NCBI GenBank assembly: GCA_963924565.1
Contig: OZ004607.1
Coordinates: 25,358,001 to 25,422,000 of the forward strand
Direction of reading: 5' to 3'
DNA: 64,000 nucleotides
From: Ascidiella aspersa
Lineage: Eukaryota
A model generated the notes under the pieces. The model was given only the letters and a program-made list of their open reading frames with translations. It was not told the DNA's origin and did not search any database. Numbering within the stretch: the first letter of the stretch is position 1; each line of letters opens with the position of its first letter. Of the stretch, positions 62,938 to 64,000 are shown in pieces. The position numbers and the translations under genes were made by a program.

Positions 62938-64000
62938 CTTTGAGAAATAATAAAGACATATAATGATAACAGGTTTGAAATTTATTTCTGTTAATGTTCA
63001 GAGATTACGACAGGAATTTCGATGTAACAAAGGTATTTAAGCGTGACATAGGACCCGTTTGTTCACGAAAGAAAAAATAAATCGCAAACAATCACTTCGT
63101 TTTAAGCTGTCAAGATTTGCATGACTGAAGTTACAACTTGAGGTTACAAGTATAAAATAAGGAGTAAGCCTTTGCTATAATATGTAAGTTATCCACGATC
63201 AGTCTATGTATACCTGAAACAAAAGTTTCAAAGGATACTTTATTTGAACCCTGTTTCACGAGAACTACCGTGATTCATATTATTCGTACATTTAGATACG
63301 ACTCCTGTAAATGGGTACATCAAAATCAGCCACACCTTTCTCGTAGTTGATGGAGAGCTCCACCCAGCTTTTCGGATTTTCCCTGTGGCTTCACAAACTT
63401 GCGTTGTCTGGCCACAGCCATAGCATCAACGTGTCTTGACGACTTTGGCTGGTAGCAGGGTTGTACCCGGTCTAGTGTGACGTCAGTGGTTCGGAAGACT
63501 GTTGGATGGGAGAGAAGGTGATGTAGCGCGCGCACGTTGCCTTGGATACCTTGATTGGAAACAATGATGTTATAGTTTTCTTTGTGTAGGTAAATACCAT
63601 AGATCTTTCGCACAGCTATACGAGCTCAAAAGCGGCTGTCGAAGAATGGGAACGAAATAGCTGTGACATGGCTCACGGACGCATCATATACGTCCATTGT
63701 TCTGTTACAGTCGCTCATATGTTCGTATTTAATAGGCTTTTTCTTTGGGGTAAAATAACACTAATAAATTAAACAAAATGTTAGTTTTGTTTTACGCCAC
63801 AAACAAGTAGGTTTTGCTGGTATTTCAATTTCATTGTACCGGGAATTACACTTCTGTTATACTTTGAGTTTGCCGTACTGCTATAAAAACTGTATAGGCC
63901 TATTAATATCAACAAAATGATATATGAAACCGAAAAAATGAGACACCTATAACCATTCATATTTAAAGATAATATCTCTATTGTGTTGTTGATTGGGCTT

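Noticed and set aside
63326-63718. 131-codon minus-strand frame with a single internal TGA (63626-63628), suggesting a selenoprotein
   Set aside because: No CxxU/UxxC or known selenoprotein context, no recognisable SECIS, and no homology I recognise; compatible with chance.

Overview
AT-rich, intron-containing animal genomic DNA. Compact GT-AG genes, patchy CpG depletion and dense DNA-transposon MITEs fit an invertebrate chordate such as an ascidian (inference). The ORF track ignores splicing and uses alternative start codons, so gene models were rebuilt by hand from splice sites and exon phases. Genes, in order: 3' part of CLIP1/CLIP-170 (1-8635, +); an uncharacterised 5-exon, 190-aa gene with a DUF1499-like pattern (11742-13400, +); a PCTP/STARD2 START-domain gene with an extra hydrophobic N-terminal leader (19953-23823, +); a divergent SLC25A3 copy with an apparent 46-nt frameshifting deletion (34883-38538, +); an intronless PUDP/HDHD1 CDS (46892-47569, +); a canonical SLC25A3 (55293-57838, +); and the last two exons of an unknown minus-strand gene (62025-62937). 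Mobile DNA: a pogo-type element with a PHD-finger transposase, a Buster-type hAT relic, a near full-length decayed L1/Tx1 LINE with a very Cys-rich ORF1 tail, and many MITEs with target-site duplications (TSDs). Best leads: the signal-peptide/anchor-bearing PCTP, a 21-nt CLIP1 microexon followed by an Rbfox (TGCATG) cluster, the hidden DUF1499-like gene, and the asymmetric SLC25A3 duplication. I see no evidence for a single multi-gene novel system.
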